Part shown: one piece after another, positions 61,746-64,000 of the stretch
How positions within the stretch are numbered: position 1 is the stretch's first letter
Layout: each line of letters opens with the position of its first letter
From: Kiritimatiellia bacterium
GTDB lineage: Bacteria > Verrucomicrobiota > Kiritimatiellia > CAIQIC01 > Lenti-01
Assembly (NCBI GenBank): GCA_017540905.1
Contig: JAFYAC010000029.1
Location: 14,171-78,170, forward strand
Reading direction: 5' to 3'
Length of the DNA stretch: 64,000 nucleotides
Translations under genes and position numbers: made by a program
The notes under the pieces: generated by a model
Database searches by the model: none
Told to the model about the DNA's origin: nothing
The model's input: the letters and a program-made list of their open reading frames with translations, nothing else

Positions 61746-62953
61746 ATGGCACGCGCAATGAAAGAAGCCTTCTGGAACAAACTGGCCGAGCGGCTCGACA
61801 AGCTCGACCCCGACAGCGTGCAGGCCCAGTTCGTGCGCCTGTCCGCGGAACGCGGCCTGATGGAAACCATCTTCCACGCCCTCCGTGAGGGCATCCTCGT
61901 CCTCGACGCCGCCGGCCGCGTGATTTTCGCCAATCGCGCCGTGTGCCGCATGTTCGGCCTCGACGAGAAGAAAACCGCAGGCCGCCTCCTCTCCAAGCTT
62001 GTTCGCAACCTCGACGGACGCGACTTCGTGCGCGCCGGCCGCTCCGCCGACTGGACCGCCGCCAGCCGCGAAATCGAAATCTCCTATCCCGAGCACCGCT
62101 TCCTCTCGGTCTACCTCGCGCCCCTCTCCGAGGCCGGCGGCGACGGCGTGGTGATGATCCTCCGCGACACGACCCGCGAACGCGACCACGCCGCCGAGCT
62201 GGTCGAGTCGGAACGCCTCAACGCGGTGCTCATGCTCGCGGCCGGCGTCGCCCACGAAATCGGCAATCCCCTCAACGCGCTCTCCATCCACATGCAGCTG
62301 ATGGACCGCAAGCTCCGCAAGCTGCCGCCCGACTCCGCGGCCCCGCTCAAGCAGCTGGTGGACGTCGCGCGCGGGGAAATCGACCGGCTCGACCGCATCC
62401 TCTCGCAATTTCTCAAGGCCATACGGCCCAGCCTCCCCAAGTTCGCCCGCGAATCGCTCCCGGCCCTCGCCCGCGAAACCCTCGAATCGCTTTCGGCGGA
62501 AATCCACGACCGCGGCCTTCGCCTCGAGTTCGACGAACCCGACTCCCTCCCCACGGCGTGGGTGGACGCGGGGCAGGTCCGCCAAGCCCTTTTCAACGTC
62601 ATGCACAACGCCATACAGGCGATGGGCGAGGGCGGCGTCCTGCGCGTGGCCTTCGCCTCCTCGGACCGCCTCGTCGGGGTGGCCGTGGAGGATACGGGGC
62701 CGGGCATCGCGGCCAACCGGATGGGCGACCTGTTCGAACCCTTCCAGACCACCAAGTCCAACGGCAACGGCATGGGGCTGATGATCGTCCAGCGCATCCT
62801 GCGCGACCACGGCGGGACCATCATGGTCGACACCCAGCCCGGCGGCACCCGCGTGCAACTCAACTTCCAGCGCGACGACCAGCGCGTGAGGCTCCTCGCC
62901 CCGCCCGCCGGCGGCGGTCCGGACGCCGCGCCCGCCGCGGGGGAGGGGGAGCC

Positions 62954-62957
<4 letters not shown>
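61746..62957 (+). CDS. PAS-domain sensor histidine kinase (NtrB/AtoS-like)
   Basis: ATG at 61746. H box [16 protein letters not shown] box [11 protein letters not shown]1 EDTGPGI and G2 GNGMGLMIV. Confidence 0.85.

Positions 62958-64000
<1,043 letters not shown>

Overview
High-GC (about 70%) bacterial chromosome segment. The gene content (PulG-like prepilin protein, TIGR03790-like secreted protein, GC-rich hairpin repeats in intergenic regions) suggests a PVC-superphylum host; this is inference only. I support about 60 protein genes and two tRNAs. The chromosomal backbone is housekeeping: a dcw cluster start (mraZ, extra ORF, rsmH, ftsL, ftsI), tadA, rsmI, an ABC-F ATPase, uraA, an isolated hypD, nadE, rlmI, rfbA, hisC, scpAB, nnr, cysE, a MacB-like ABC pair, pepA, xerD, an eight-gene Mrp/Mbh-like antiporter module, thrC, three consecutive Opp/Yej-type ABC ATPases, and an NtrB/NtrC-like two-component pair. 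The main accessory feature is an 11.1-kb element integrated into tRNA-Thr (487-11591) and bounded by a 47-bp direct repeat. It encodes an integrase, an AlpA-like HTH protein, a PrimPol and an AAA_25 helicase, followed by an iteron origin. It has no recognisable structural or conjugation genes, which is a phage-satellite (PICI/P4-like) layout. Its cargo has four unusual parts: orphan ORFs; a roughly 2-kb ORF-poor, G-skewed, hairpin- and repeat-laden segment; a three-gene operon headed by a ComF-like phosphoribosyltransferase and flanked by direct GC-rich repeats; and an inverted duplication of about 80 bp of that operon's 5' region pointing out across attR. The window also contains several intergenic repeat families. 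These include tandem arrays of AT-rich palindromes (TTCCAATCATTGGAA and TCGATTGCAATCGA types), GC-rich composite hairpin repeats and a MITE-like unit. All functional calls come from my reading of the translations and motifs. No database search was run.
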